A stretch of DNA of 26,776 bases from the NCBI GenBank assembly GCA_029564175.1, contig JAKQQL010000226.1, forward strand, positions 1 to 26,776. Reading direction: 5' to 3'. Under the pieces are notes generated by a model. That model ran no database searches and was not told where the DNA came from. It was given only the letters and a program-made list of their open reading frames with translations. Shown in pieces: positions 1-8,925 of this stretch (its first letter is position 1; each line of letters starts with the position of its first letter). The stretch comes from Candidatus Cloacimonadota bacterium. GTDB taxonomy: Bacteria; Cloacimonadota; Cloacimonadia; Cloacimonadales; WRIO01. A program made the position numbers and the translations under genes.

Positions 1-16
1 CATTTATCTTTTTCAT
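1..16 (-). CDS. 5' end of a gene running out of the window (MKKIN...), product unknown
   Basis: Minus strand reads GAGGTG-atgtaa-ATG AAA AAG ATA AAT: SD-like site then ATG at 16-14. A matching promoter lies upstream at 44-71. Confidence 0.55.
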
Positions 17-43
17 TTACATCACCTCATCTTATATAGAGTT

Positions 44-71
44 AATATAAATGAATGGCCAATATTGTCAA
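44..71 (-). promoter_or_regulatory. sigma70-type promoter for the truncated leftward gene
   Basis: Minus strand TTGACA (71-66), 16-nt spacer, TATATT (49-44). Confidence 0.45.
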
Positions 72-281
72 GAACTAATTTTGCATAACTGCCTTATTTT
101 TCAAAGAGTTATAGCCTTTCTTTTTTACGAGGTCATCAAAACTGATTTTGCTATTCAAAATGAAAAAGAACTAGATTTTATTACAAATCACAGAGTCCCG
201 CAATCTACTGGAACCCATGTTTATAGACTGATCGAAGAAATCAAATCTTTTATTGAATAATGTGATTTAAGTTCTACAAAT

Positions 282-368
282 CGTTCTGCGAGCATCTTGC
301 CTGCAAATTTATGATCGTCAACAACCAGGATGGTCTTTTACTTAAACGACCAGGATGGTCGTTCTACA
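282..368. repeat. Cluster of REP-like short palindromes
   Basis: 344-368 reverse complement is tGTAGaacgacc-atcct-ggtcgttt (GTAG foot plus 7-bp hairpin), 23/25 identical to 24843-24867. A degenerate copy lies at about 320-337. 282-304 (cgttctgcgagcatcttgcctgc) is a degenerate copy of the cgtactacaagcatcttgcttgtag unit seen at 24913 and 24998. Confidence 0.7.
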
Positions 369-516
369 GTCTCCTTTTACATGAAAATGATCACCTGCAA
401 TAATCATTTGACAAAATTCATTATTTTTTAAATTTGGAGAAGGCCTGATTATGGCACATTTTTTGCATTAAGATTTGCTTAGAAATAAGAATTTTACTGA
501 TTATAAAGGAGATAAA

Positions 517-3426
517 ATGAGCAAGCATGGATTTTCAATTAGGGAAGCCCGGCACATTGAAGAAATAAATGCAAATGTCAATATTTATACGCATAACAAG
601 AGTGGTGCAAGACTGATTCATATTGATGCAGATGATAATAATAAAGTATTCGCTATTGGATTTCGTACACCGCCCACGGATGATACAGGTGTCGCCCATA
701 TTATGGAGCACTCAGTACTTTGCGGATCTAAAAAATTCCCTGGAAAAGAACCATTTGTTGAGCTGTTAAAAGGTTCTTTGAAAACTTTTTTAAATGCTTT
801 TACTGCAAGTGATTACACCTTATATCCACTTGCCAGTATGAATGACAAAGATTTTAAAAATCTGATAGAGGTTTATCTGGATGCAGTCTTTTTCCCAAAC
901 ATTCACCAGGATAAAAAAATCCTCATGCAGGAAGGCTGGCATTATGAAATTAATCCTGAAAATGGAGAACTTGATATCAGTGGTGTCGTTTACAATGAGA
1001 TGAAAGGTGCATACTCCTCTCCGATGAGAAATATGCATCGTGCTCTTAACTCATCGCTTTTCCCAGATACGCCATACCGTTTTGAATCGGGTGGCGACCC
1101 TGATGCTATCCCTCAGCTGACTCAGGAAATGTTTACTGAATTTCATAAAAAACATTATCATCCTTCCAATTCTTATATCTATCTCTACGGTAAAATAGAT
1201 ATTGATTTTTATCTGAATCTGCTCAATGATGAAGCATTAAAACATTTTGATACGATTGATACCGATACGTCTGTGCCTTCTCAATCTTTATTCGATGAAC
1301 CTGTCAGAAAAACCATCCCCTATTCCATTTCATCTAACGAAAACGAACAGGATAAACACTGGTATGCGGTTCAATACCTGATCGACAGCAAGAATAATCC
1401 AGAAATCAACTTTGCTTTTGAAGTGATTTCGCACCTCTTACTGGATACTCCGGCTGCTCCTCTTAAAAATGCACTGATTAAAGCTGGAATTGGTAAAGAT
1501 GTCATGGGACATTTTGAAAGTTGTTCTAAACAGCCTACTTTTACCATTCTGGTTAAAGATGCTCAAATCGGAAAATGCAACGATTTTGAAGCCATAATTG
1601 AAAATACCTTAAAATCTCTGTGCGAAAATGGGATAGATAAAACACTCATCGAAGCTTCCATCAATATTAAAGAATTTATCCTTCGCGAAGCAGATTTCTC
1701 TGGCTTCCCAAAAGGCCTCTTTTATATCTGGAATTCTGTATGCAACTGGGTTCATGACTTTGATCCAATCGAACCACTTGCATTTGAAGAACGCCTTGAA
1801 ACTGTCAAACAAGCTCTTACTGGAAAATATCTGGAATCTCTGATTCAGTATTTTGTTCTTGATAATCAGCACCGTTGTGTGATTACCATGGAACCTAAAA
1901 AAGGTTTAACAGAGCTTAATAACGAAACATTCCGTAAACAATTACAGGACATCAAGGCTGGATTTAGTCCTGAACAATTGCAAGCGATTATTGAAGATAC
2001 CAAAGCGCTCAAAGAAAGACAATCTGCTCCAGATTCTCCTGAAGATCTTGAAAAAATTCCTCTTCTTTCTCTCAATGATGTCAATAAAAAAGCAGAATCT
2101 TACGAAACAATTGTGGAACAAAATGGTGCGTCTGAATTTTTAGTTCATCCATTATTTACCAATGGTATCGCTTATATCCGTTTCTATTTTGATGCGAAAG
2201 TCCTTGAGCAGGAAGATATTAAATATTTAGGTATTCTCTCTGGCATATTAGGCGCGATATCTACCAAAAGCAGATCTTATGCTGACTTATCAAATCTGAT
2301 CAATATTCATACGGGTGGTATCGGATTTGGTGTCAACGTCTATAATGACCGCGATGATTACGATCAATATTACCCAAAAATGGTGCTTGATGCGAAGGTT
2401 CTGGTGAGTAAAATGCCAAAATTGATCGAAATCATCAGAGAAATCCTCCTCGAAACCGATTTTGAAGAATATTCCAGAATCCTCGAAATTCTCAATCAGG
2501 ATAAATCCAGTATGGAATTATCTCTGATCAATTCAGGTTCATCTTATGCCAGCAAAAGATTACTCGCTTATTTCTCACAAAACGGCGTTTATGGAGATCA
2601 ACTTGAAGGTGTTGAACAATATTTCTTCCTCAAAGAAATGACTAAAGATTTCAACGCCAAAAAAATCAAACTATCTGAAAAACTCAGAAGTATCGCCAAT
2701 AAATTATTCAATGCCAACAATCTGAAAATCTCATTTACAGCACCTGAAAATGATTTTAAAGATTTCAAAAATCTGGTCAATCCTTTGATTTCTGAGCTGA
2801 ATCAGGAAAAATATCCTGTACAGGATTACAAATTTGATCTCATCAAAGATAATGAAGCCTTTCTGACCCCAGGGAAAGTGCAATATGTCTGCAAAGGTTA
2901 TAATTATCATACACTTGGTCATCAGTACACAGGTGCGATGCGTGTCATGGGTACGATTGCCAGACTGGATTTCCTCTGGAATAATATCCGTGTATTAGGC
3001 GGCGCTTATGGCGCAATGTTAAACTTTACTTACTCCGGCCTCTTCTATACTAATTCTTACAGAGATCCCAACCTTAAGGAAAGCCTTATAACTTACAATA
3101 ATCTCGCACAGTTTATCAAAAATCTGGAACTGAATGACCGTGAACTCACAAAATATATACTTGGAACCATTAGTTCCTATGATTACCCGGAAACCCCTTC
3201 TGTTAAAGGTGAAACGGCTGATAGAAACTACTTTAGCCGTATAGATAACCAATTCCTGCAGACCAATCGTGATCAGATGCTGTCCACCACTGTTGAAGAT
3301 GTACGCAATCTGGCTTCTCTGATTGATTCCGTCATGCAACAAAATCGTTATTGTGTTTTTGGCAGCGAAGGCAAAATCAAAGAAAATCTAGATCTCTTCC
3401 AGGCAGTCATTGCATTGTTTGAATAA
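517..3426 (+). CDS. M16C family Zn metallopeptidase (insulinase / presequence protease PreP-like)
   Basis: Inverted zincin motif HIMEH in 'TGVAHIMEHSVLCGS'; also 'FLNAFT', 'QEGWHYE', 'GVVYNEMKGAYS' and C-terminal 'IRVLGGAYG', 'SYRDPN'. Start placed at ATG 517 behind AAGGAG rather than TTG 475. Confidence 0.93.
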   Translation: MSKHGFSIREARHIEEINANVNIYTHNKSGARLIHIDADDNNKVFAIGFRTPPTDDTGVAHIMEHSVLCGSKKFPGKEPFVELLKGSLKTFLNAFTASDYTLYPLASMNDKDFKNLIEVYLDAVFFPNIHQDKKILMQEGWHYEINPENGELDISGVVYNEMKGAYSSPMRNMHRALNSSLFPDTPYRFESGGDPDAIPQLTQEMFTEFHKKHYHPSNSYIYLYGKIDIDFYLNLLNDEALKHFDTIDTDTSVPSQSLFDEPVRKTIPYSISSNENEQDKHWYAVQYLIDSKNNPEINFAFEVISHLLLDTPAAPLKNALIKAGIGKDVMGHFESCSKQPTFTILVKDAQIGKCNDFEAIIENTLKSLCENGIDKTLIEASINIKEFILREADFSGFPKGLFYIWNSVCNWVHDFDPIEPLAFEERLETVKQALTGKYLESLIQYFVLDNQHRCVITMEPKKGLTELNNETFRKQLQDIKAGFSPEQLQAIIEDTKALKERQSAPDSPEDLEKIPLLSLNDVNKKAESYETIVEQNGASEFLVHPLFTNGIAYIRFYFDAKVLEQEDIKYLGILSGILGAISTKSRSYADLSNLINIHTGGIGFGVNVYNDRDDYDQYYPKMVLDAKVLVSKMPKLIEIIREILLETDFEEYSRILEILNQDKSSMELSLINSGSSYASKRLLAYFSQNGVYGDQLEGVEQYFFLKEMTKDFNAKKIKLSEKLRSIANKLFNANNLKISFTAPENDFKDFKNLVNPLISELNQEKYPVQDYKFDLIKDNEAFLTPGKVQYVCKGYNYHTLGHQYTGAMRVMGTIARLDFLWNNIRVLGGAYGAMLNFTYSGLFYTNSYRDPNLKESLITYNNLAQFIKNLELNDRELTKYILGTISSYDYPETPSVKGETADRNYFSRIDNQFLQTNRDQMLSTTVEDVRNLASLIDSVMQQNRYCVFGSEGKIKENLDLFQAVIALFE

Positions 3427-3466
3427 CATTTAGTCAATTAAATACCAGAAGTTGTCTTTTATGATT

Positions 3467-3492
3467 AACAGCCCCAAAATGGGGCTGTTTTT
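3467..3492 (+). terminator. Intrinsic terminator of the peptidase gene
   Basis: aacagcccc-aaaat-ggggctgtt followed by a T run, 40 nt after the stop codon. Confidence 0.8.
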
Positions 3493-3659
3493 AATTAAAA
3501 TGATATAAGACGCAGGATCATCTGAATTTTTAATGGTATTTGCCTTAAAAAGATAATCTTTCTGAATTATGAACGGTACTTAGCGTATCATGTATGCACA
3601 AATTCATAGCCACTATAATTAAATATTGACAAACAAGCACGATCCAATTTAATATCTAA

Positions 3660-4682
3660 TTAGATTTTATTTTTTGTATGCCTACAATTTAGAAGATAAT
3701 TTTTTAAGTTTTTTACACTGGCTCTATCCATTAAATAATTAAAATGAGGAGACACAGGGGAAATTATTTCAAAAAGAATATAGTTATCAAGATTTTTAGA
3801 ATCAATCGACTTTATGAGGGTTTTAAGAGGATAATTTTCTTTAAGACTATCACGTTTTTCGTCGATAAAGAGATACTGATTTATAAGGCTAACACCTTCA
3901 ATCTCAAAGTTTATCTGGGTATTATTATCAGAAGAACTTGAATCTCTTAAAGCAGGATCATAGGTATATGCTGCTTTTGTAAGGGCATAAGAAAGCCAGA
4001 GAGAATCAGATTTTACACTAATACTATCTTCTCCCTCCTTTGTAATAGTATATTGAGGAGTAAAGTACCAGTCATCAAATCGACGATTATCAGCTTTATA
4101 TATCAGATAAACTGATTCTTTAATCATTTCATGATTTCTGTTAAAAATCCAGGCAAGTGTTATCTCATCTAAAGCTTTATCTATTTTTTGACTAGCGTAG
4201 TAAAGATCTGCTAGAAACCAATGTGCCATATATCCTGTATAGTCTTTCTTTATTGCTGTTTTGTAGTATTTTTCTGCTTTTTTAAAATCCCCCATGTTAG
4301 AATAACACTGACCAATGTATGTATATAAAAAATATAGTTTTGAATTTATCTTTAATCCTTTTTTATAATTCGTGATAGCATTTTCATAATCTTTTTGTTT
4401 AAAACAATTTTCTGCTTGATTTAAAATCATTTTAAGTTCTTCATTCATCTCATAATCAACCAATGAGAGTTTATTCTTGTCTTCAACCCGATAGAAGCTT
4501 GGTGTTAAAACATAATTAGAATAGTTTTTTACAAAGATTAACGAATCCAATATATCAATCGAATAATTTACTTTGGAGTCATTTATAATTTTAAAGATTT
4601 CTGATGATGAATAATACTCAAATGAAAAACAACTTACTGAAAGTAATACAAATAATACGAATAAACTCACTCTTTTCATCAT
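3660..4682 (-). CDS. Secreted tetratricopeptide-repeat protein, function unknown
   Basis: N-terminal signal peptide (MMKRVSLFVLFVLLSVSCFS) and about 3 TPR-like helical repeats (AENCFKQKDYENAITNYKKGLKIN; IGQCYSNMGDFKKAEKYYKTAIKKD; LADLYYASQKIDKALDEITLA). GAGGA SD upstream. Confidence 0.8.
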   Translation of the reverse strand: MMKRVSLFVLFVLLSVSCFSFEYYSSSEIFKIINDSKVNYSIDILDSLIFVKNYSNYVLTPSFYRVEDKNKLSLVDYEMNEELKMILNQAENCFKQKDYENAITNYKKGLKINSKLYFLYTYIGQCYSNMGDFKKAEKYYKTAIKKDYTGYMAHWFLADLYYASQKIDKALDEITLAWIFNRNHEMIKESVYLIYKADNRRFDDWYFTPQYTITKEGEDSISVKSDSLWLSYALTKAAYTYDPALRDSSSSDNNTQINFEIEGVSLINQYLFIDEKRDSLKENYPLKTLIKSIDSKNLDNYILFEIISPVSPHFNYLMDRASVKNLKNYLLNCRHTKNKI

Positions 4683-4946
4683 TTTTCCTCAACTTTTATT
4701 AATTTTGTAACAATATATGATAATCTGTTTAAATCTGTCAATAATTATTTTAAATTTTACAATCTCATAAAATGGAGACTGTTCAATTTTTAGGCCTTAA
4801 AAGCTAACAAATGTATTTAATGACTTTGAGAAAAGGGGATTTAAGCCTTATTCTACAGAAATAAATGATGATACCTCTATTTAATCATTATTCTATACAA
4901 ATAAAAAAAACTAAGTTGTGTGATGCTTATCTTAATATGTTTTTAT

Positions 4947-4979
4947 AAAAATCAACACCTGCGATTGCAGGCGTTGATT
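4947..4979 (-). terminator. Intrinsic terminator downstream of the 1220-aa gene
   Basis: Minus strand ATCAACGCCTGC-AATC-GCAGGTGTTGAT-TTTT: 12-bp stem with one G-U pair that only works on the minus strand. Confidence 0.8.
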
Positions 4980-5032
4980 GCTGATAGTGATCTCAATGTT
5001 AATTAGTAAAGCATAATGAACTGATCATTATA

Positions 5033-8000
5033 TTATTTGAGGAGTATCATTTTTTGGATTATTTTTTGTTTATGAGTTTCAAAACTACAATAGTAAACAC
5101 CACTGCCGCATTTTCGATGATTCATATCTTTTCCATCCCAGACAATGTGGTATTGACCTGGCTGATAATTCCCTTGTGCGAGACGCTTAACCAGCTGACC
5201 TTTTAAATTGTAAACTGCCAGGTAAATCCATTCGCTATCTGCCAGATTGAAAGAGAGAGTCGTTGAAGGATTAAAAGGATTAGGGTATGCAGGGTTCAGA
5301 GTGGTTTTGATTGGAATAAGAGGCAGATCATTACCTGGTATTGCTGTTGAAACATTTACTGGCCCAAAATACTGATGACTGCCATCCAATTCCATTGAAT
5401 ACAACCAGTAATAATACTCAGTATCAGGTTCTACTTCCAAATCAATAAATGAATACTGGTTTACATTACTACTGTTTTGAGCAGAGATTACATTATTCGT
5501 TATTCTAAGAGAATGAGTTAGATCATTGGTCTCATTTCTGTATATATGATAGCCCAGCATGTTACTTTCTGACTGGCTGGTCCATTGAATACTAACCTGA
5601 TCAGAAACATTGCATATAGCAGTAAAGGAAGATAATTCAACTGGTAAGGTTGAGTCATTGCCAGAAGCAATCGCAAAATGCGAATATGAATCAAGAAAAT
5701 TTCTGGATACGATAGGGTTTTGATTTGTTCCCTGTCCAGGGACATGTAATCCTTGAGTTGTCCAGTCATCAGTCAGTGTATTTCGTTTTACCAGATGAAG
5801 TGTTTCGTAATTGTTTACCCCTGTTATGCCGCCAGCTGTAACGGATATGTTGTAAGTCCCTGCAGGTAGGTCATCTCCTGGTGTAATCATCCAATATCCC
5901 ATCGGAGAAATATGACTCAACGTATATCCATCATCATTCAATGGAAACCCTGTGTCCCATGGGTCTGAAGCATTAAATCTGGCAGTCAGAGTTCCTCCGT
6001 TAATTAGCGTTGACATAAAATTCATGGAGAGACCTCTGTAATAAGAGGCATTGCCTATTGGAAATAGGATGTTTCCCGTATGATATATTGGCAACCAGCG
6101 TTTCACATTTCCATTGATCCAGCCACTTGTATAGTTAATTTCTCCAGCCTGACTTTCGCTGGTACCGATGGTTAAGTTATTACTATTACAGTTTAGGACT
6201 CCTTGTTCAAGCTTTAACTGGTTCGAGATCGTTAATCCAGATGTCAGAGAAAGTCCATTAGGGCAATTAACTGCCAGAGTGTTCACCTGAGTTGGCAAAG
6301 CATTACCTGTTTGCTGACTTTCATCACCATAATAGTAATATGAAGCATTTTGAGAAAAGGTCCTTGTCCCTGTATTTTGAAATTCGCAGTCATTGGCATT
6401 AGTTGTCAGACCATTGCTTGAACGTACATATAAGATCGAATTGTCATTAACTAATACATTTACAGACCCATAATATGCACCATTCCCTATATCCAGAGTT
6501 CCATTGTTAGTGAAATTAACAGCACCCGTGGTAAAGTTCCTTCCATTCTTTAAGATCAGTGTACCGGATATGCCATTTGTACTCAGGTTAGTCAGGGCAT
6601 CGGCGTTGGCTTGATTTAACAACTGACTGCTTGCGCCATCCAGTATAATTTCTGCATTGTTAGTCGTTATAGCTGCATTATTGATTCTTAATGTGCCTGC
6701 AATGTTGTAAGTACCACCTGTTAAAGTATTGCCTGAATAATTTGATAATGTGGCATCTACTGTTCCTGTTTCAACTTTGATTGTCCCATAATTATTGAAA
6801 TTGATTGAGTTAAAGGTACTGGTACCAGTACCAGCAGATTTCTTCAAAATCCCCTGATTATTGAACGTAATAGAAGGACCTCCACCTCCATCATAATAAA
6901 TAGAGGCGTTATTTTGACAATCAAACACCCCACCACTCAGATTATTGAGTGTATTTGCACCACCTTTGATCCCTCCGGTACCTGTCCAGGTAATCAGACC
7001 ATTATTATTTAGAGAGCCACCACTCAAACGAAAAACCTTCTCAGAACTCCCTGAAATATTTAAGGAAGCCCCTGGATTAATATTTAATGTCCCATTAGAA
7101 ATGGTACCACCTGACCAGTTCATTGTGCCTTTTACGGTTAGTTTTCCAGAGCTGTTGATTACTCCATCTGACATATTAAAAGTTAAACTATTGTCAAAAA
7201 TAGTTCCGTTTGTTGCACCTGTTGTTGAGAGTGTGCCTCCTGAAAATGAAAAAGTCCCATTACCATTAAATGTCCCATTCTCTGCAAGCGTAAAGATACC
7301 CCCATTGAGAAGCATATTCTTGCCAATATTGACAGTTACAGTTCCAGAATTAGAACCGCCTGCACTGAATTCAAGCGTTCCGGATTCAACCAGAATTGTT
7401 CCAGAATTATGGGTGATAACATTGTCAAAATCACTTGTGCCTGTACCTGCTGACTTTTTTAATGTGCCTTCATTATTAAAAAGAAAGGTAGATCCGCCAC
7501 CTCCATCATAATAGATTGTGGCATCGTTGTGACAATCGAAAACAGCACCTGAGTAGTTGTTGATTGTCATGGAAGCCCCTTTGATATCACCATCACCCCA
7601 CCAGTTAACCGTTCCGCTATTATTGATATTACCATTTCCATAGCGTATAATCTTGGTGCTTGCTCCTTCAATGTTCATTGTAGCGCCTGAGTTTATATTC
7701 AGATTCTGTATAGAAATGGTACCTCCAGACCAGTTCATTGTGCCTTTAATCGTGCTTTTACCTTCACCGCTTAACTCACCACCAGTCATGTCAAAGGCAA
7801 CATTTGTATTATAAACAGTTCCGTTTGTCGTACCATCTGCTGACAAATTGCCACCGGTAAGGCGTACTGTGCCACTACCGTCAAAAAGTCCTCCTTCGTT
7901 TAATGTAAAAGTGCCTGATCTAAAAAGAAGTGTTTTCCCTGAGTTGATATTCATTGTACCAGAATTTGAACCACCATAACCTAATTCTATTGTTCCGGCT

Positions 8001-8695
8001 TGCACTTCAACAGTACCTGAATTATTGAGTACAGCATGATCGAAATTCGTATTTCCGCTCCCGTCACTTTTTTTGATAAGTCCTTCATTGTTGACCGTAA
8101 AAAGACCGTCTCCTCCGTAATCATAATAGAATCCACTGTCTGAGCGAAAATCAATGACACCACTGCTGTAATTATTGATAGTTTTTGAACCTCCAATTAA
8201 AATACCTGATCCAATCCAGTTGATTGTCCCGTAATTGGAGAGATAGCCTGCACCCTGACGAAATATTTTATTGTTAGTTCCCAATATATTGATCACTCCC
8301 TCCGGATAAACATACAAGAGTGATCCGCTCAAATACAATTCGCCATACCAGTCGATAGAACCATATAGTTTGATATCTTCGTTTACACCGTTATTGACTT
8401 CTAAGGTTTTGTCAGCTGGTATAATCAGCTTACCTGTACTTTCTATAATTGTCTGGTCAATTCTCACATTAGCAGTTAAAGTGATTTCGTGGGAGACTGT
8501 TATGACATTTGCTGTACTGTAATCTGGTGGATTTATCGCACCTGTCCACAAAGTGCCATTATAAGTCTGCCAACAAGCGTTGTTATTCCAGTTTCCCGAA
8601 ATAACAGTTCTGTAATCCCCTGTTGTCTGGCAATACATACCACTTATCCCAATCATTATGATGATGAGGATAATGAGTCTTTTTCTGCCTTTCAT
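5033..8695 (-). CDS. Large secreted Gly/Asn/Thr-rich repeat protein (beta-helix or adhesin-like) with C-terminal T9SS-CTD/FlgD-Ig-like sorting domain
   Basis: Signal peptide; internal 205-aa repeats; 'TLPVELSSFTA' plus an FN3-like module; C-terminus 'AYPNPFNPSTTLSFNL...YNLKGQLVKRL...WDGKD...SGVYY...KMILLK'. GGGAGGG SD. Confidence 0.85.
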   Translation of the reverse strand: MKGRKRLIILIIIMIGISGMYCQTTGDYRTVISGNWNNNACWQTYNGTLWTGAINPPDYSTANVITVSHEITLTANVRIDQTIIESTGKLIIPADKTLEVNNGVNEDIKLYGSIDWYGELYLSGSLLYVYPEGVINILGTNNKIFRQGAGYLSNYGTINWIGSGILIGGSKTINNYSSGVIDFRSDSGFYYDYGGDGLFTVNNEGLIKKSDGSGNTNFDHAVLNNSGTVEVQAGTIELGYGGSNSGTMNINSGKTLLFRSGTFTLNEGGLFDGSGTVRLTGGNLSADGTTNGTVYNTNVAFDMTGGELSGEGKSTIKGTMNWSGGTISIQNLNINSGATMNIEGASTKIIRYGNGNINNSGTVNWWGDGDIKGASMTINNYSGAVFDCHNDATIYYDGGGGSTFLFNNEGTLKKSAGTGTSDFDNVITHNSGTILVESGTLEFSAGGSNSGTVTVNIGKNMLLNGGIFTLAENGTFNGNGTFSFSGGTLSTTGATNGTIFDNSLTFNMSDGVINSSGKLTVKGTMNWSGGTISNGTLNINPGASLNISGSSEKVFRLSGGSLNNNGLITWTGTGGIKGGANTLNNLSGGVFDCQNNASIYYDGGGGPSITFNNQGILKKSAGTGTSTFNSINFNNYGTIKVETGTVDATLSNYSGNTLTGGTYNIAGTLRINNAAITTNNAEIILDGASSQLLNQANADALTNLSTNGISGTLILKNGRNFTTGAVNFTNNGTLDIGNGAYYGSVNVLVNDNSILYVRSSNGLTTNANDCEFQNTGTRTFSQNASYYYYGDESQQTGNALPTQVNTLAVNCPNGLSLTSGLTISNQLKLEQGVLNCNSNNLTIGTSESQAGEINYTSGWINGNVKRWLPIYHTGNILFPIGNASYYRGLSMNFMSTLINGGTLTARFNASDPWDTGFPLNDDGYTLSHISPMGYWMITPGDDLPAGTYNISVTAGGITGVNNYETLHLVKRNTLTDDWTTQGLHVPGQGTNQNPIVSRNFLDSYSHFAIASGNDSTLPVELSSFTAICNVSDQVSIQWTSQSESNMLGYHIYRNETNDLTHSLRITNNVISAQNSSNVNQYSFIDLEVEPDTEYYYWLYSMELDGSHQYFGPVNVSTAIPGNDLPLIPIKTTLNPAYPNPFNPSTTLSFNLADSEWIYLAVYNLKGQLVKRLAQGNYQPGQYHIVWDGKDMNHRKCGSGVYYCSFETHKQKIIQKMILLK
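6756..8270 (-). repeat. Intragenic repeat, 615-nt (205-aa) period, about 2.5 copies
   Basis: Conserved Trp codons of the 'NxGxIxW' motif at 8216, 7601 and 6986 are each 615 nt apart. 'KGTMNWSGGTIS' is encoded at about 7728 and 7113, also 615 apart. Confidence 0.85.
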
Positions 8696-8786
8696 GTTCC
8701 CTCCCTTGGGTTTTCATTTTTAGGAGAATTATCTCATTTAAATGACTCACTGCTATAAACATACTCTTCAAATTTTAATCAGATTA

Positions 8787-8815
8787 ATTATACTTCTTTT
8801 CAACAGACTTGTCAA
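8787..8815 (-). promoter_or_regulatory. Consensus sigma70 promoter of the 1220-aa gene
   Basis: Minus strand TTGACA (8815-8810), exactly 17 nt, TATAAT (8792-8787). Confidence 0.8.
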
Positions 8816-8838
8816 AATAATTGTTTCATTTTTTGAAT

Positions 8839-8863
8839 AAAAAAACGCCTGCTATAGCAGGCG
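8839..8863 (-). terminator. Intrinsic terminator downstream of the 1093-aa gene
   Basis: Minus strand CGCCTGC-TATA-GCAGGCG-TTTTTTT. Confidence 0.8.
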
Positions 8864-8878
8864 ATATCCACTGAGAGC

Positions 8879-8916
8879 GTCAGCCCGGCAAAAGACCCTA
8901 ATAAAGCCAGGCTGAC
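8879..8916 (-). other. Extra 3'-UTR stem-loop between stop codon and terminator
   Basis: Minus strand GTCAGCCTGGC-(16 nt)-GCCGGGCTGAC, an 11-bp stem with one U-G pair. Confidence 0.55.
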
Positions 8917-8925
8917 AGATAGGAG

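Noticed and set aside
51..260. 69-aa ORF on the + strand
   Set aside because: No SD, overlaps the promoter of the leftward gene, and has no recognisable motif. The 3' half could be a gene remnant but I cannot support that.
475..516. TTG start and N-terminal extension of the peptidase
   Set aside because: The AAGGAG SD lies inside this stretch and points to ATG 517.
3626..3655. TTGACA pointing antisense into the 3' end of the TPR gene
   Set aside because: No convincing -10 box at 16-18 nt spacing in very AT-rich DNA.
6945..7511. 188-aa Pro-rich ORF, and the other antisense or nested ORFs inside the peptidase, surface-protein, kinase, secA and topA genes
   Set aside because: These are shadow frames of long real genes. 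The Pro/Val/Leu richness mirrors the Gly/Asn/Thr codons on the coding strand.
8877..8886. 10-nt match (GCGTCAGCCC) to the reverse complement of the terminal array hairpin
   Set aside because: Too short, with no flanking similarity, and here it forms part of a different stem. Probably chance.
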